Origin: Planctomycetia bacterium
GTDB taxonomy: Bacteria; Planctomycetota; Planctomycetia; Pirellulales; PNKZ01
Assembly: GCA_021413845.1 (NCBI GenBank)
Contig: JAIOPP010000100.1
Span: 44,165 to 108,164, forward strand
DNA length: 64,000 bases
Direction of reading: 5' to 3'
Both the position numbers and the translations under genes were made by a program. This document shows, in pieces, positions 33,272 to 43,901 of the stretch (position 1 is the stretch's first letter; the number at the start of each line of letters is the position of its first letter). The notes beneath the pieces were generated by a model that searched no databases, was not told the origin of the DNA, and saw only the letters and a program-made list of their open reading frames with translations.

Positions 33272-33496
33272 ATGGTTGCTCGTTTCACCGGTCGCAATGA
33301 AGGTTTTGAGGTGGATGCCGCGAGGCCGAGAGACTCTTCTCAGATTACCGCGACCAGAATCGGCGATCTCTTGCCCGAGATTCTGCGTCGCTACGGCTTG
33401 GAAAGCTCGGCAGTTGCGACCGCCGCCGCCGCGGCTGGTCGTCGTCCGGAAACGAACCGACCCGGCATCGCTGGGGAGCGACGTCGGGTCGGGTGA
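33272..33496 (+). CDS. Small hypothetical protein (74 aa)
   Basis: GAGGTG RBS, upstream promoter, amphipathic TRIGDLLPEILRRYGL helix. Confidence 0.55.
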   Translation: MVARFTGRNEGFEVDAARPRDSSQITATRIGDLLPEILRRYGLESSAVATAAAAAGRRPETNRPGIAGERRRVG

Positions 33497-33537
33497 TCGT
33501 TTGTTTGCTAAAAACCGTATTACGCGCCCTGAAGGGC

Positions 33538-33885
33538 TTAGCGCAGCCGGTCGAGGATGTCGAGCAAGGCTCGAGCTCGCTCTACCCCGCCGATCTTTTC
33601 GGCCAAGATGCGGGCTTGAAGCAACTCCTCGGCGGTGGCCGAGGCGCCGGCCGACGAACCGGTTCCTTTGCGAGCCGATTTGCCGCCGCCATGTTCCTTG
33701 AGTTTCGTCCGGATGTTGCTGATCTGGGCCGGAGCGACGCTCACGTTGTGCGCTTCGCACTCGGCTTGAATATCTTTAGCGGCTGCGTCGATGCCGAGTT
33801 TTTTCAAAGCATCCCGGATGAGTTGTGCCTTATTAACGGCTTCGGCTGCGCCGGACTTCTTCGTCAATGTTGCGCCTTTGGTCAT
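33538..33885 (-). CDS. Small basic hypothetical protein, possibly DNA-binding
   Basis: NKAQLIRDAL...VAPAQISNIRTKLK HTH-like segment, G/S/K linker, C-terminal helical hairpin AEKIGGVERARALL. Confidence 0.75.
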   Translation of the reverse strand: MTKGATLTKKSGAAEAVNKAQLIRDALKKLGIDAAAKDIQAECEAHNVSVAPAQISNIRTKLKEHGGGKSARKGTGSSAGASATAEELLQARILAEKIGGVERARALLDILDRLR

Positions 33886-34025
33886 TTAACATCGCCCTGC
33901 GGAAAGAGTTCCTAGCCGGTCGTCGAGCGACGAACCGTGCAGCGGGCGATCGTTGGAAGCCTGGATCGGATACTCGCGGCATCGGCTCTGGATGCCCACG
34001 AAAACAGGTCGCGGTCGTCTCGCTG

Positions 34026-34050
34026 TGTATGTAAAGCCAAGTTACATACA
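34026..34050. promoter_or_regulatory. Perfect palindromic operator candidate
   Basis: TGTATGTAA-N7-TTACATACA, about 140 nt upstream of the 33885 start. Confidence 0.65.
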
Positions 34051-34192
34051 TTCACGACGCCTACAACCCCCACTCGCTGATGGCTGGTCCCGTTTTCCGT
34101 CGGGGGGTCGAATCGTGTTAACGTTAATTAACGATAGACGGCTGATGAGCCTTCAAGGGTGGTTCGCAACTCTTAGGCGGACCCAGCTTCGC

Positions 34193-34420
34193 TTAGAAGA
34201 AGACGACGCGCGTCCGTCCGGTGCGGCCCGTCGAAAACACGATCCGACTCGCGCGAATGACGGGGCAGTTTTCTTCGATGTCGTCGAGGCCTGCTTCCGC
34301 CGTCTCGAGTTCGGCACGCTCGGCCTTCATCTTCGAGTCGTTGAGCTGAGCTGTCGAGGTGTGCGCGCGGTCATGGCGTCGTTCGATCTGCGTCTGATTA
34401 GGAAGCGTAATGACGGTCAT
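34193..34420 (-). CDS. Small hypothetical protein (75 aa)
   Basis: GGAG RBS before ATG 34420 (MTVITLPNQ...RTRVVFF). Confidence 0.5.
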   Translation of the reverse strand: MTVITLPNQTQIERRHDRAHTSTAQLNDSKMKAERAELETAEAGLDDIEENCPVIRASRIVFSTGRTGRTRVVFF

Positions 34421-34574
34421 TGTGTCGCACTCCGAAGGACTATAGGCTGCCCGAACTATCGACATAAGCGTTACGAAACGTGAGCGAATCTCCGGCAAAT
34501 TCAGCACAGTCGTTGCTGCCGGCAACTTCGGAAGCCCACCCTTGACATGGCAAGCCCCTGATCGAGGTCTTAGG

Positions 34575-34592
34575 TTGCAGATCAGGTGCCGG
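34575..34592 (-). promoter_or_regulatory. Possible sigma54 promoter
   Basis: Minus strand CCGGCACCTGATCTGCAA (GG-N10-GC), about 155 nt upstream of ATG 34420. Confidence 0.4.
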
Positions 34593-34762
34593 ACGGCGGT
34601 GATCACTACATCATCCCTCTGTTAAACTCATAAGCATTCTGGAGTTGTGCTTTTTCGCGAGCGTATTCCGCTTCGCTACGACCATGTGCCGGCGTCGTCG
34701 GTTCGACGACAATCGGCGAGACACGTCCGAGCTTCCATTCGCTAGCATTCCGCAAATCGGCC

Positions 34763-35914
34763 ATGCCACGCATCGCTCGCATCGAGACATTTCCGATCAC
34801 ATATCCGACGGTCGGCTCGTTTAAGTTCTTCGCGGCGCCGCGCGGGCTTCCCGCCGGCAGACGAACCGTGGTCGTGAAACTCACTGACGATGAAGGGCTC
34901 ATCGGTTGGGGACAAGCGGTGCCGTCCCCTCGTTGGAGCTATGAAACGCCGGAAACGGTTCGTTCGACGATCGATCTCTATCTCGCGCCGGAGTTGGTCG
35001 GGCTCGACCTTGCCGCTGCATCTGAGATCGAGCTGACGATGCAGCGGGCCATCGCCCCCGGCTTTTCCACCGGCCAGCCGATCGCCAAAGCAGCGATCGA
35101 TCTGGCCCTCTGGGATCTGCGCGCACGTCGCGCGCATTGTTCCGTTGCGTCGCTGCTGATGGAAAGTGAGCGACCGGCGAGTCTTTCGATAGCGCCGCAG
35201 CCGATCACGCTGAGTTGGACGCTGAACCCTACCGATCTTGCCGACGCCGAGCGCTCGATTGCCGCTGCTCAGGCGCTCGGTTATCGCAATTTCAATCTCA
35301 AGGTCGCGCCCGACATCGAGTTCGACGTTGCACTTTGCCGTACCGTGCGAAGGCTTGCTCCCGACGCTTTCATCTGGGCCGATGCGAACGCCGGCTACGA
35401 CGTTGCCTCGGCTCTGGCGATCGCGCCGCAACTGGCCGATCTCGGGATCGCCGCCCTCGAACAACCCCTGCCGGCGAACCGTCTCAATGGATATCGGCAA
35501 CTGCGCGCTCAACGAGCCTTGCCGATCTTGATGGACGAATCGATCGTCTCGACGACCGATTTCGACGAGTTCCATCGTCTCGGCTTGCTCGACGGAGTGG
35601 CCGTGAAAATAGCGCGCATGGGAGGGCTTACCGAAGCGTGGCGACTGGTCCGACGCTTGCGCGAGACGGGCTCGCTGTTCTACGCGAGCGGCTTAACCGA
35701 TCCCGATCTTTCGTTGGCCGCTTCGCTCCAGCTATTCGCATGCGGCGGGCTCGCGCTTCCGGCAGCGCTGAACGGCCCGCAATTTCTGAGCGGTTCGATC
35801 TTGCGCCAACCGCTCGTCGCCTCAGGCGATCAGTTGTACGCGCCGGCGGGCCTCGGTCTCGGCGTCGAAGTCGACGAGGACCGGCTGCGGGAGTTGAGCG
35901 AACTGCCTCATTGA
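34763..35914 (+). CDS. Enolase superfamily, muconate cycloisomerase/mandelate racemase family
   Basis: GWGQA, AKAAIDLALWDL, ADANAGY, LEQP, MDES, KIARMGG, GLGVEVDE. Confidence 0.9.
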   Translation: MPRIARIETFPITYPTVGSFKFFAAPRGLPAGRRTVVVKLTDDEGLIGWGQAVPSPRWSYETPETVRSTIDLYLAPELVGLDLAAASEIELTMQRAIAPGFSTGQPIAKAAIDLALWDLRARRAHCSVASLLMESERPASLSIAPQPITLSWTLNPTDLADAERSIAAAQALGYRNFNLKVAPDIEFDVALCRTVRRLAPDAFIWADANAGYDVASALAIAPQLADLGIAALEQPLPANRLNGYRQLRAQRALPILMDESIVSTTDFDEFHRLGLLDGVAVKIARMGGLTEAWRLVRRLRETGSLFYASGLTDPDLSLAASLQLFACGGLALPAALNGPQFLSGSILRQPLVASGDQLYAPAGLGLGVEVDEDRLRELSELPH

Positions 35915-35930
35915 TGCGTACAGCGCGCGT

Positions 35931-38789
35931 TTATGCTTCGCTGCGCACGCGCGGCGATCGTAGTTCGGTCGGTTCGTGAAAGTGCGGCGCATGCAAATGA
36001 GGGGCATTTCCCGGATGCGGGCGTTCGTCGCGATGGTGAGGGCGCAGACCGCCGTCGTCGCTCGCTTGAACACCCTCGTCGGCGGCGTTCTCTTCATCAA
36101 CTTCCGGCCGATTGCGAGTCATCCAAGTAAGCAGGGCCGGCAGCATGATCATCGAGGTAAACAAGCAACAGCTGACGCCGATCGTCAGCACCCGGCCGAG
36201 GCTTTGCAGACCTTGATGACTGGCGATCATGAGCGCGCCGAAACCGACGACGGTCGTCAGCGAATCGACGAGCACCGCAACGGCCGTCGACGGCGACATG
36301 CGGTAAGGACCGCGCTGGTCGAGGTAATCGTGAACGATATGCACTCCGTAGTCGACGCCGATGCCGAGCATGAGCGGCAGCGCGATCATGTTCGCCGGAT
36401 TCAGCGGCAAATTCAGAATCCCCAAGATGCCGAAGGTCTGAAACACCCCGATCCCGAGCGGCAACGCGGCGAGCATCGCATAGGGAACGCTGCGAAAGTC
36501 GAACCAGAGCACGGCCAAGATAACGGCCAGCGCCAAGAGCGCGGAATGCTCGTAGCTCCCCTTCATTTCGAGCGACGCCTCGTAGGCTTGCAGCGGATTG
36601 CCGGTCGCTTTCGGATCGACCGAGCGAACGTCGCGCACGAAGGTCGCGAGCGCATCCATGTTCCAAATGTCGCCGCGACCGTAGATCTTCAGCAAGTGCC
36701 GATTGTTATGGCCGACGAACCGATGCACCAAACTTTCGGGCAAGTCCGCGAGTTTCGGCGGTTCCGGATCGGCCATCGAACGCAAGGCGTGTAGCCGACT
36801 GAGCAAGTCGCCGGCCATTTGTTGTTGGAATTGAGACAGCAAAGCCGAGCAATCGGGAGCCGGCAGGCGGCGGAGCGCATCGCGGATTTGCTCGAGCCTG
36901 CGAGCCGGGCCGAGTTGATGTCGGTCGGTGAGTGCTTGTTGCGCGTAAGCGAGCGTTTGCCCGAGCTCTTCCGGTCGCTCGACCGGGATCAACGGCGGAC
37001 GTTCCGGAAGCGTCGCGAGCTTCGTTTGAATGCGCTCAATGATCGGCTGTTTCTTTTCATGATCGATCGGCAACAAAGAAACGATTTCCTCCGTCCGTTC
37101 GACGGAGTTGAGCTTTAAGAGTTGCTCCTTACGGGCCAGCAACTCTTCGCGGCTATCGGCCATCGACACGGCGAACCACATGCTCTGGCTGCATTCGCTC
37201 AGCAATTTCTTTTCGAGCTCGACGCTTTCCAATCCGTCGGCTTGCATGTTGAGCAGGTTGTGGTCGTACCAGAGCTTCGAAATGCCCGCCCCGAGCACGA
37301 GCGTGAACACGGTCGTCGCGAAGAGGAGCTTGCGAGGGTTTTTCATCAACGGTGCGATCCATTCATGCACCGGCAACGGTGTCGGCATGTTGAAGCCGAT
37401 GCCGCTTCGATCGACGAGTTGAATGCAGGCCGGCAAGATGAAGAGCTCGGCGAGCGCGCAAAGCAGAATACCGCCGCCGGCGATGATGCCGAGTTCGGCA
37501 ACACCGGTAAAGTTCGTTAGACCGGCGGCAAAGAACGAAATGGCGGTCGTAATCGCACCGGTCGCGATCGCGGGTCCGACGCCGTTCATCGTCTTGAGCA
37601 AGGCTTCATGCGGCGAGCGCATGTGGTCTCGCAACTTCACGTAGCGCGCGACGAAATGGATGCCGTAGTCGATGCCGATGCCGATCAACGTCGCTGCGAA
37701 CGAGACGCTGAGAATGTTCAAATGTCCGACCGCGAACGTGATGTAGCCGAAAGTCCAAGCCATGCCGATCAGCAACACGAGGTTCGCCAACAAAGCATGC
37801 CGAATCCCGCCGAAACCGGCAATAAACAGGGCCGCCACGCCCGCGAGCGAAATGATGCTGGCCCAGGTCATCGACGATTGGCTGGTTGCCATCTCGTCGA
37901 ACTCCATGACCGGAATCCCAGTGAGCCCGAGTTTGACCTCGGGATGGCGCAACTGTAACTGCGCGAGTAAGACGCGTAACGCTTTGACCGCTTCGGCGCC
38001 ACGCGCGAAGCCGTCGTCGGCATGGCCCGAGAGACGCAAGAGGACGAAGCCGAGACGGCCTTCCTTCGTTAACAGGTATTCGGAATTGAGTTCGCTGAGG
38101 GTCGCAAACGACGACGGCATCTCGGGCCAAGGGGATTGATAAGTCCCTTTCTTGCCGAGCGACGTGTAAAGGCTGTCGCTGAGGCGCGCGAGTTGTTGTT
38201 CGCTCGTGGCGACCAATGCCGAGGTCGGGGCCGGCCCTTGTGCCTTGGCCGTTTCGCCTTCGTGCTGCATGCGCATGGTCATGCCTTGCACCATGCTGCC
38301 GACGGAGAGCCGAGACCATTGCCCATGCACGACCGCACCGGCTTCGTCTAAGAATTTCTCGACGCCGAGCAGTTCATCGGGCGGAAGATAATGGAGCCCT
38401 TTGGAGCGAATTTTTTCGAGATTCACGCCATGCAGCACCGCATGAAAGTATTTGTTGTCGCTGCCGAGCGCCGTGGCGAGTTCTTGCAAGACGGGAACGA
38501 CACGCGCGCGGTTTTCCCCTTCGACGACGACGACTGCATCGTCTTCTTCGCCGAACTCTTTGATGTAGTCGTTCCAAAGCCGACCGTACTCGTTCTTAGG
38601 ATTCACCAAGTCGTGACGGCTGGTCTTATAGCCGAGATGCATCCAAGAGTAGACGCCGGCCGCTCCGCTGAGCACTAAGGCAAGCACGACGATAGCGACG
38701 GGATAACGAAGCGTGATCGCGACGAGCCCGGTCATGAGGCGCGCGGCGATCGAATGCTCGTCGGCAGCCGGCTTCCGTTCCGCTGTCAT
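35931..38789 (-). CDS. MMPL/RND transporter (HpnN-like, hopanoid/lipid exporter)
   Basis: Two RND repeats: GIGIDYGIHF and GIGVDYGVHIV; SHQGLQSLG. Confidence 0.88.
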   Translation of the reverse strand: MTAERKPAADEHSIAARLMTGLVAITLRYPVAIVVLALVLSGAAGVYSWMHLGYKTSRHDLVNPKNEYGRLWNDYIKEFGEEDDAVVVVEGENRARVVPVLQELATALGSDNKYFHAVLHGVNLEKIRSKGLHYLPPDELLGVEKFLDEAGAVVHGQWSRLSVGSMVQGMTMRMQHEGETAKAQGPAPTSALVATSEQQLARLSDSLYTSLGKKGTYQSPWPEMPSSFATLSELNSEYLLTKEGRLGFVLLRLSGHADDGFARGAEAVKALRVLLAQLQLRHPEVKLGLTGIPVMEFDEMATSQSSMTWASIISLAGVAALFIAGFGGIRHALLANLVLLIGMAWTFGYITFAVGHLNILSVSFAATLIGIGIDYGIHFVARYVKLRDHMRSPHEALLKTMNGVGPAIATGAITTAISFFAAGLTNFTGVAELGIIAGGGILLCALAELFILPACIQLVDRSGIGFNMPTPLPVHEWIAPLMKNPRKLLFATTVFTLVLGAGISKLWYDHNLLNMQADGLESVELEKKLLSECSQSMWFAVSMADSREELLARKEQLLKLNSVERTEEIVSLLPIDHEKKQPIIERIQTKLATLPERPPLIPVERPEELGQTLAYAQQALTDRHQLGPARRLEQIRDALRRLPAPDCSALLSQFQQQMAGDLLSRLHALRSMADPEPPKLADLPESLVHRFVGHNNRHLLKIYGRGDIWNMDALATFVRDVRSVDPKATGNPLQAYEASLEMKGSYEHSALLALAVILAVLWFDFRSVPYAMLAALPLGIGVFQTFGILGILNLPLNPANMIALPLMLGIGVDYGVHIVHDYLDQRGPYRMSPSTAVAVLVDSLTTVVGFGALMIASHQGLQSLGRVLTIGVSCCLFTSMIMLPALLTWMTRNRPEVDEENAADEGVQASDDGGLRPHHRDERPHPGNAPHLHAPHFHEPTELRSPRVRSEA

Positions 38790-38950
38790 AGGTTTCTTCT
38801 GCGCATGAGGAGACTGGCGGCGACCATCCTTGGCTGCGGCTCGGCGGAGGATTCTAAGACAAGCGGCGGTGAATCACCAAGACGTATTCGATGCGCATGC
38901 CGGCGGGCCGACGCTATCGTTCGCGACGTTCCCGGCCGCCGCTTTCGCGA

Positions 38951-40987
38951 CTACTTCTTGAGCGCCGCGAGAATGCTATCGACGTCATAGACGCAGCCTC
39001 CCCAAGTGCCGCCGCCGGCTGCTTGCAGTGCTGCCCAAAGACGCGAGTCGTCCGGAAGGTCGGCGTCGGGATGAAGATCGGCCGGCAGCGATCGGAGAGA
39101 AAGAATCGCGGCCCCTTCTTCGGGCGTGAAACGGACGGCCGTCCCGGTTGCATCGGCCGCTTCGCCGATAAAGTCGACGCTGCCGATAAGATTAGTGCGA
39201 TCGACGATGATTTGAATGAGATCGCCGTCGCGAAGCTTGCCGATCGGTCCACCTGCCAGCGCTTCGGGCCCGACATGGCCGATGCAAGCGCCGGTGCTCA
39301 CGCCGGAGAAGCGAGCATCGGTTACCACGGCGACTTCACGACCGAACGGCAAATGCTTGAGCGCCGAGGTGATCTGATAAATCTCTTCCATACCGGAGCC
39401 CATCGGCCCGCGCCCGCAAAGCACAAGCACGTCGCCTGCCTTGATCGGCTGCACCGGCTTCGCGCCGGGAACCGCGATTCCCTTAATCGCCGCGACGGCG
39501 TCTTTCTCGCGCGTGAAAACACGTGCCGGCCCCGTCTTGCGATAGACGCCATCGGCATCGACGACCCGGGCATCGATCGCGGTCGCTTTGATAACCGAGC
39601 CTTCAGGGGCAAGATTGCCGCGAGGGAAACAGACCGTGCTGGTGAGACCTCGCTCACGCGCTCGGGCCGGGCTCATAATGACGTTATCGGGTTCGATCCC
39701 GTCGCGATCGCGCAAGAGCTGCCGCAGACGAGTGCGGCGCGGCGACGTCTCCCACCACTCGAGAACTTTTGCGAGCGTCTCGCCCGTCGCGGTCAGCACA
39801 TCGAGATTTAAGAGGCCGAGGTCGCGGAGGTGAAGCATGATCTCCGGCACACCGCCGGCGAGAAAGACTTGTACCGTCGGATGACCGACCGGACCGTTCG
39901 GGAGCGCATCGACGATGCGCGGCACGCGGCGATTCACATCGTTCCAGTCCTCGACCGTCGGACGACGAAGTTTCGCGGCGTGTGCGATCGCCGGTATGTG
40001 CAGCAGCAGATTCGTACTGCCGCCGCAGGCCGCATGGACGACCATCGCGTTGTGAATCGCGGCGTCGGTGAGAATGTCTTTGAGAGTAAGGCCACGCTCG
40101 GCGAGGCTGAAGAGCGCTTTCGCGCTGCGCCGGGCCGCGTCGAGCCAGATCGGTTGACCACTGGGAGCGAGCGCGGCATGCGGCAAAGTCATGCCGAGCG
40201 CTTCGGCCACGACCTGCGCCGTGGCCGCGGTGCCGAGAAATTGGCAGCCGCCGCCGGGCGACGCGCACGCACGACAACCTAGCTCGGCCGCTTCTTCCAG
40301 CGAGATCTCGCCATGCGCGTAGCGCGCGCCGATCGATTGCACTTTGCCGGCGTCTTCGCCTTCGGTCGGCGGCAGCGTCACGCCGCCGGGCACAAGCACC
40401 GACGGCAACGACGACGCACCGGCCAGCGCCATCATCATCGCGGGCATTCCCTTATCGCACGTCGCCACGCCGAGCACGCCGCGGCGCGTCGGGAGCGAGC
40501 GAATGAGCCGGCGCAACACGATGGCCGCATCGTTGCGATACGGCAGGCTATCGAACATGCCCGTGGTCCCTTGCGAGCGACCATCGCAAGGATCGGACAC
40601 GGCGGCGGCGAAGGGCACTCCGCCGGCCCGTTTGAGTTCGCGCGCGGCGGCTTGCACGAGCAGCCCGACTTCCCAATGGCCGGTGTGATAGCCGAGCGCG
40701 ATGGGGGAACCATCTTCGGCGCGAACGCCTCCTTGCGTACTGAGCAAAAGAAACTGCGGCCCGAGCATTTCAAGCACGGGCCAGCCCATCCCGGCGTTTT
40801 GCGAAAGCCCGAACAGATCGCCGCTCGGGGCATTGAGCAGCATGTCGGCGGAGAGAGGCAAAGAGCCTCGCGGGCCTGCGGCATTGGTCTCGACGTCGAG
40901 CAGGTCCGGAGTCGCAGCATCGGCCGGCGAACTCGAAGGAGGCGTATCGAGGATTTCGTTCAGGGCATATTTCGGCATCGCGGGCAT
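38951..40987 (-). CDS. yjhG: YjhG/YagF-family D-xylonate dehydratase (IlvD/EDD superfamily)
   Basis: [54 protein letters not shown]. Confidence 0.92.
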   Translation of the reverse strand: MPAMPKYALNEILDTPPSSSPADAATPDLLDVETNAAGPRGSLPLSADMLLNAPSGDLFGLSQNAGMGWPVLEMLGPQFLLLSTQGGVRAEDGSPIALGYHTGHWEVGLLVQAAARELKRAGGVPFAAAVSDPCDGRSQGTTGMFDSLPYRNDAAIVLRRLIRSLPTRRGVLGVATCDKGMPAMMMALAGASSLPSVLVPGGVTLPPTEGEDAGKVQSIGARYAHGEISLEEAAELGCRACASPGGGCQFLGTAATAQVVAEALGMTLPHAALAPSGQPIWLDAARRSAKALFSLAERGLTLKDILTDAAIHNAMVVHAACGGSTNLLLHIPAIAHAAKLRRPTVEDWNDVNRRVPRIVDALPNGPVGHPTVQVFLAGGVPEIMLHLRDLGLLNLDVLTATGETLAKVLEWWETSPRRTRLRQLLRDRDGIEPDNVIMSPARARERGLTSTVCFPRGNLAPEGSVIKATAIDARVVDADGVYRKTGPARVFTREKDAVAAIKGIAVPGAKPVQPIKAGDVLVLCGRGPMGSGMEEIYQITSALKHLPFGREVAVVTDARFSGVSTGACIGHVGPEALAGGPIGKLRDGDLIQIIVDRTNLIGSVDFIGEAADATGTAVRFTPEEGAAILSLRSLPADLHPDADLPDDSRLWAALQAAGGGTWGGCVYDVDSILAALKK

Positions 40988-41238
40988 TCCCAATGCGACA
41001 AATTTAAGAAGCGTCGACAGTATAACACGGATGATCGCTAGAGCCTCACGCGGCTCGCGCGTCCGGCTCTTGACTCGCGCCGGGCCACGTGTTCAGATTG
41101 GCGGATTCTTATGAGCCGGGCCCAGGCTGTTCGGATGGGCCGTTACGCACGACGCGTCCCACCTTCCGCTTGTCGCATCTCTCCGCTCCCTCCGGCACCG
41201 ACCCCTCGCACGCGACGCTCGCACGTCGCCTTCGCACC

Positions 41239-42636
41239 ATGAGCAATTCGCCCGTCACCGCAGCGTATCGACCTTGGTACAAGGAACTCACCGGTTACCA
41301 CTGGTTCGTGTTTATAGTGGCGGCGCTCGGCTGGTTGTTCGACACGATGGATCAGCAGTTGTTCAACCTTGCGCGGCGACCGGCGATGGTCGAGTTGCTG
41401 CCGAAGTTGGATGATGCTAAAGCATTTAACGCGATGGTCGCAGACTATGCCGGGTATGCCACGGCCATCTTTCTCCTCGGCTGGGCGACGGGCGGTCTTA
41501 TTTTCGGTGTCTTGGGCGATCGGTACGGCCGTGCGCGGGTAATGATGTGGACGATTCTTGCCTATTCGCTTTGCACCGGTCTGAGTGCATTCTCGGTAGG
41601 CTTTTGGGACTTCGCCTTCTATCGCTTTCTTACCGGCCTCGGCGTCGGTGGAGAATTCGCCGTCGGTGTGTCGCTCGTGGCGGAGGTAATGCCGGAACGC
41701 TCGCGATCGTTTGCGCTTGGTTGGCTTCAAGCCCTCTCGGCAGTCGGCAACATCATGGCGGCGTTGATCAGCATGTCGCTCGGTGAAATGGAACAACGCG
41801 GGATCGTCGGCACGTGGGTCGTCGGTGGCTTTACACTGACGGCCTGGCGCTTAATGTTTCTCGTCGGCACCGTACCGGCGCTGTTGGCGTTGGTCATTCG
41901 GAGCAAACTGCGCGAGCCCGAACGTTGGCAGCAAGCCGCGAAAGATGGGTCTGTAAAGAAAGTTGCCGGGTTCTACGGAGAACTCTTCGGGGACCCGCGT
42001 TGGCGCAAGAATGCGCTCGTCGGAATGTGCTTGGCGTTTTCAGGCGTCGTCGGTCTCTGGGGCATCGGCTTTTTCAGCTTCGATCTGATCGACGTCGTAT
42101 TCCGTAAACACTTCGCCGGTTCCGATCTCACGCCGGCAGAGATCAACGGAAAGATCGGCTACTGGAAGGGTATTACGTCGGTAGTGCAAAACATCGGCGG
42201 ATTTTTCGGAATTTACGTCTTCAGCCGCGTTACGCATGTGATAGGTCGTAAGCCGGCGTTTGCGATTTCATTCGTCTTAGCGATGGTCAGCACTGCCTTT
42301 ACCTTCTGGTATCTCGACGAATTCTCCGAAGTGTTCTGGATGGTTCCGATGATGGGCTTCTGTCAGTTGATGCTCTTCGGCGGATATGCGATCTACTTCC
42401 CGGAACTGTTCCCAACCCGTTTGCGTAGTACGGGCATCTCGTTCTGCTACAACGTCGGCCGCTTCGTTGCGGCGATCGGTCCGTTTACATTCGGCTATCT
42501 CACAAGCAAAGTGTTCGTGGGCCTCGAACATGAGCCGATGCGTTACGCAGGTGTAGCGATGTGCGGAATCTTCCTGCTTGGGTTCGCGGTGTTGCCGTTT
42601 GCGCCGGAGACGAAGGGGAAGCCGCTGCCGGAATAA
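41239..42636 (+). CDS. MFS transporter
   Basis: LGDRYGRAR motif A, GLGVGGEF, PELFPTRLRSTG, APETKG. Confidence 0.93.
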   Translation: MSNSPVTAAYRPWYKELTGYHWFVFIVAALGWLFDTMDQQLFNLARRPAMVELLPKLDDAKAFNAMVADYAGYATAIFLLGWATGGLIFGVLGDRYGRARVMMWTILAYSLCTGLSAFSVGFWDFAFYRFLTGLGVGGEFAVGVSLVAEVMPERSRSFALGWLQALSAVGNIMAALISMSLGEMEQRGIVGTWVVGGFTLTAWRLMFLVGTVPALLALVIRSKLREPERWQQAAKDGSVKKVAGFYGELFGDPRWRKNALVGMCLAFSGVVGLWGIGFFSFDLIDVVFRKHFAGSDLTPAEINGKIGYWKGITSVVQNIGGFFGIYVFSRVTHVIGRKPAFAISFVLAMVSTAFTFWYLDEFSEVFWMVPMMGFCQLMLFGGYAIYFPELFPTRLRSTGISFCYNVGRFVAAIGPFTFGYLTSKVFVGLEHEPMRYAGVAMCGIFLLGFAVLPFAPETKGKPLPE

Positions 42637-42659
42637 GGGGCCGGTTTGAATCACGGCCG

Positions 42660-43901
42660 TTAAGCGGCGGCTGCGCGGCAGACTCGCCGCGCCATTTCCG
42701 CGGCGTGGAACGGGAGCCAATCGAGCTTCGTGTACACACCGTGGCCGGCTAGGTGTTCGCTGATGCCGCCGCTGGGAGAACCGTAATCGACGAGCAGCGT
42801 CTCGCCGGCGTCGGGCACGCGAAGGCCGACGCGCAGACGGTCCGTCAGGTTGAGCGAGGTATATTCTTCCGGCTGCAAGAGCGTGTTCAGCCGGCGATCG
42901 GCGAGCCATGCCCGTAGCGCCAATGGAAACGGCGGCACGTTCGTTCCCGCGATGCCGAACTGTTGCACGTAATCGCCGGCCGAAGCTCGAGCGATGTCGT
43001 CGATCGTGCCGGGAAACGTCGTGAAGTAAGGATCGATGTCGGGCAGCGGCTTGTGGTTGATGAAGTGGATGAGCTTGTCGTAGCCTTGCACATCCCACCC
43101 GTAGCGGATCGGCGTGCCGAACGTGGCGATATCGAGCGGGTTCTTGATGATCGGCCGCGCAGCGCTGCGCAACCGCTGCTCGACCGCTTGCCAAATCGGA
43201 ATGTCGACGATGTTGACCCAAGGGATTCGGTAGTGGCATTCCGCCGCACGAAAGAAGGAGTCGACGGTTGCTTCGTCGCCGGCGACGAGGTTGGTGAGCA
43301 GCGCGAGAATGTTGCCGGCGTGACTATGTCCCCAAAGCAGAATGCGGCGCTCGGGAGCGATGTCGAGCGTGGCGAGTTCGTCGATCAGGCGCACGGCGGC
43401 ATCGGCTCGTCCCAGATGGTGGTTCTCGCCCGACCAAGGAAAGATGCGCACCGGAATCGTCGGGCCACCGTCGGCGTTGAGCGCCTCTTCGAACTCGCGG
43501 GCATATTCGATCGTGTAGTTGCCGTTGTCTTTCATCACGGCATCGACGAGCACCTTGGCGATCTTGCCGAGGCCGCGACGTACGGCAGGAAAGAACCGAC
43601 CGAGCTCGGTCAATACGCCCGCCGCATCGTTGCCCGCGAAGGTTCCGTGCAATAGATACACGGCACCGTAGCCGGCGGCTCGAAGTTGTCGAGCGGCCGA
43701 CGCTAAGGCTTCGCGGTGTTCGTTACTTCCGGCGGACGGGGGCGCCGGCGGACTTGCCAGGACCGGTTGCGAAGTGAGGGGCGCGCCCCTGTAGAGCTGA
43801 TGACGAAACCGATTGGCCGCGAACAGCGGTGTCGGCGGGGTCGAGTCGGCGGACGATGTTTTCCGTGGTACTAATGCCCAAAGTCCCTGTCCAAGTTTCA
43901 T
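42660..43901 (-). CDS. Alpha/beta-hydrolase-fold hypothetical protein (start uncertain)
   Basis: YLLHGTF oxyanion strand, WSGENHH, nucleophile elbow GHSHAG, TFGTP, C-terminal GHGVY. Confidence 0.75.
   Translation of the reverse strand: MKLGQGLWALVPRKTSSADSTPPTPLFAANRFRHQLYRGAPLTSQPVLASPPAPPSAGSNEHREALASAARQLRAAGYGAVYLLHGTFAGNDAAGVLTELGRFFPAVRRGLGKIAKVLVDAVMKDNGNYTIEYAREFEEALNADGGPTIPVRIFPWSGENHHLGRADAAVRLIDELATLDIAPERRILLWGHSHAGNILALLTNLVAGDEATVDSFFRAAECHYRIPWVNIVDIPIWQAVEQRLRSAARPIIKNPLDIATFGTPIRYGWDVQGYDKLIHFINHKPLPDIDPYFTTFPGTIDDIARASAGDYVQQFGIAGTNVPPFPLALRAWLADRRLNTLLQPEEYTSLNLTDRLRVGLRVPDAGETLLVDYGSPSGGISEHLAGHGVYTKLDWLPFHAAEMARRVCRAAAA

Noticed and set aside
34606..34902. 98-aa minus-strand ORF
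   Set aside because: It overlaps the enolase start antisense and has no supporting signals.
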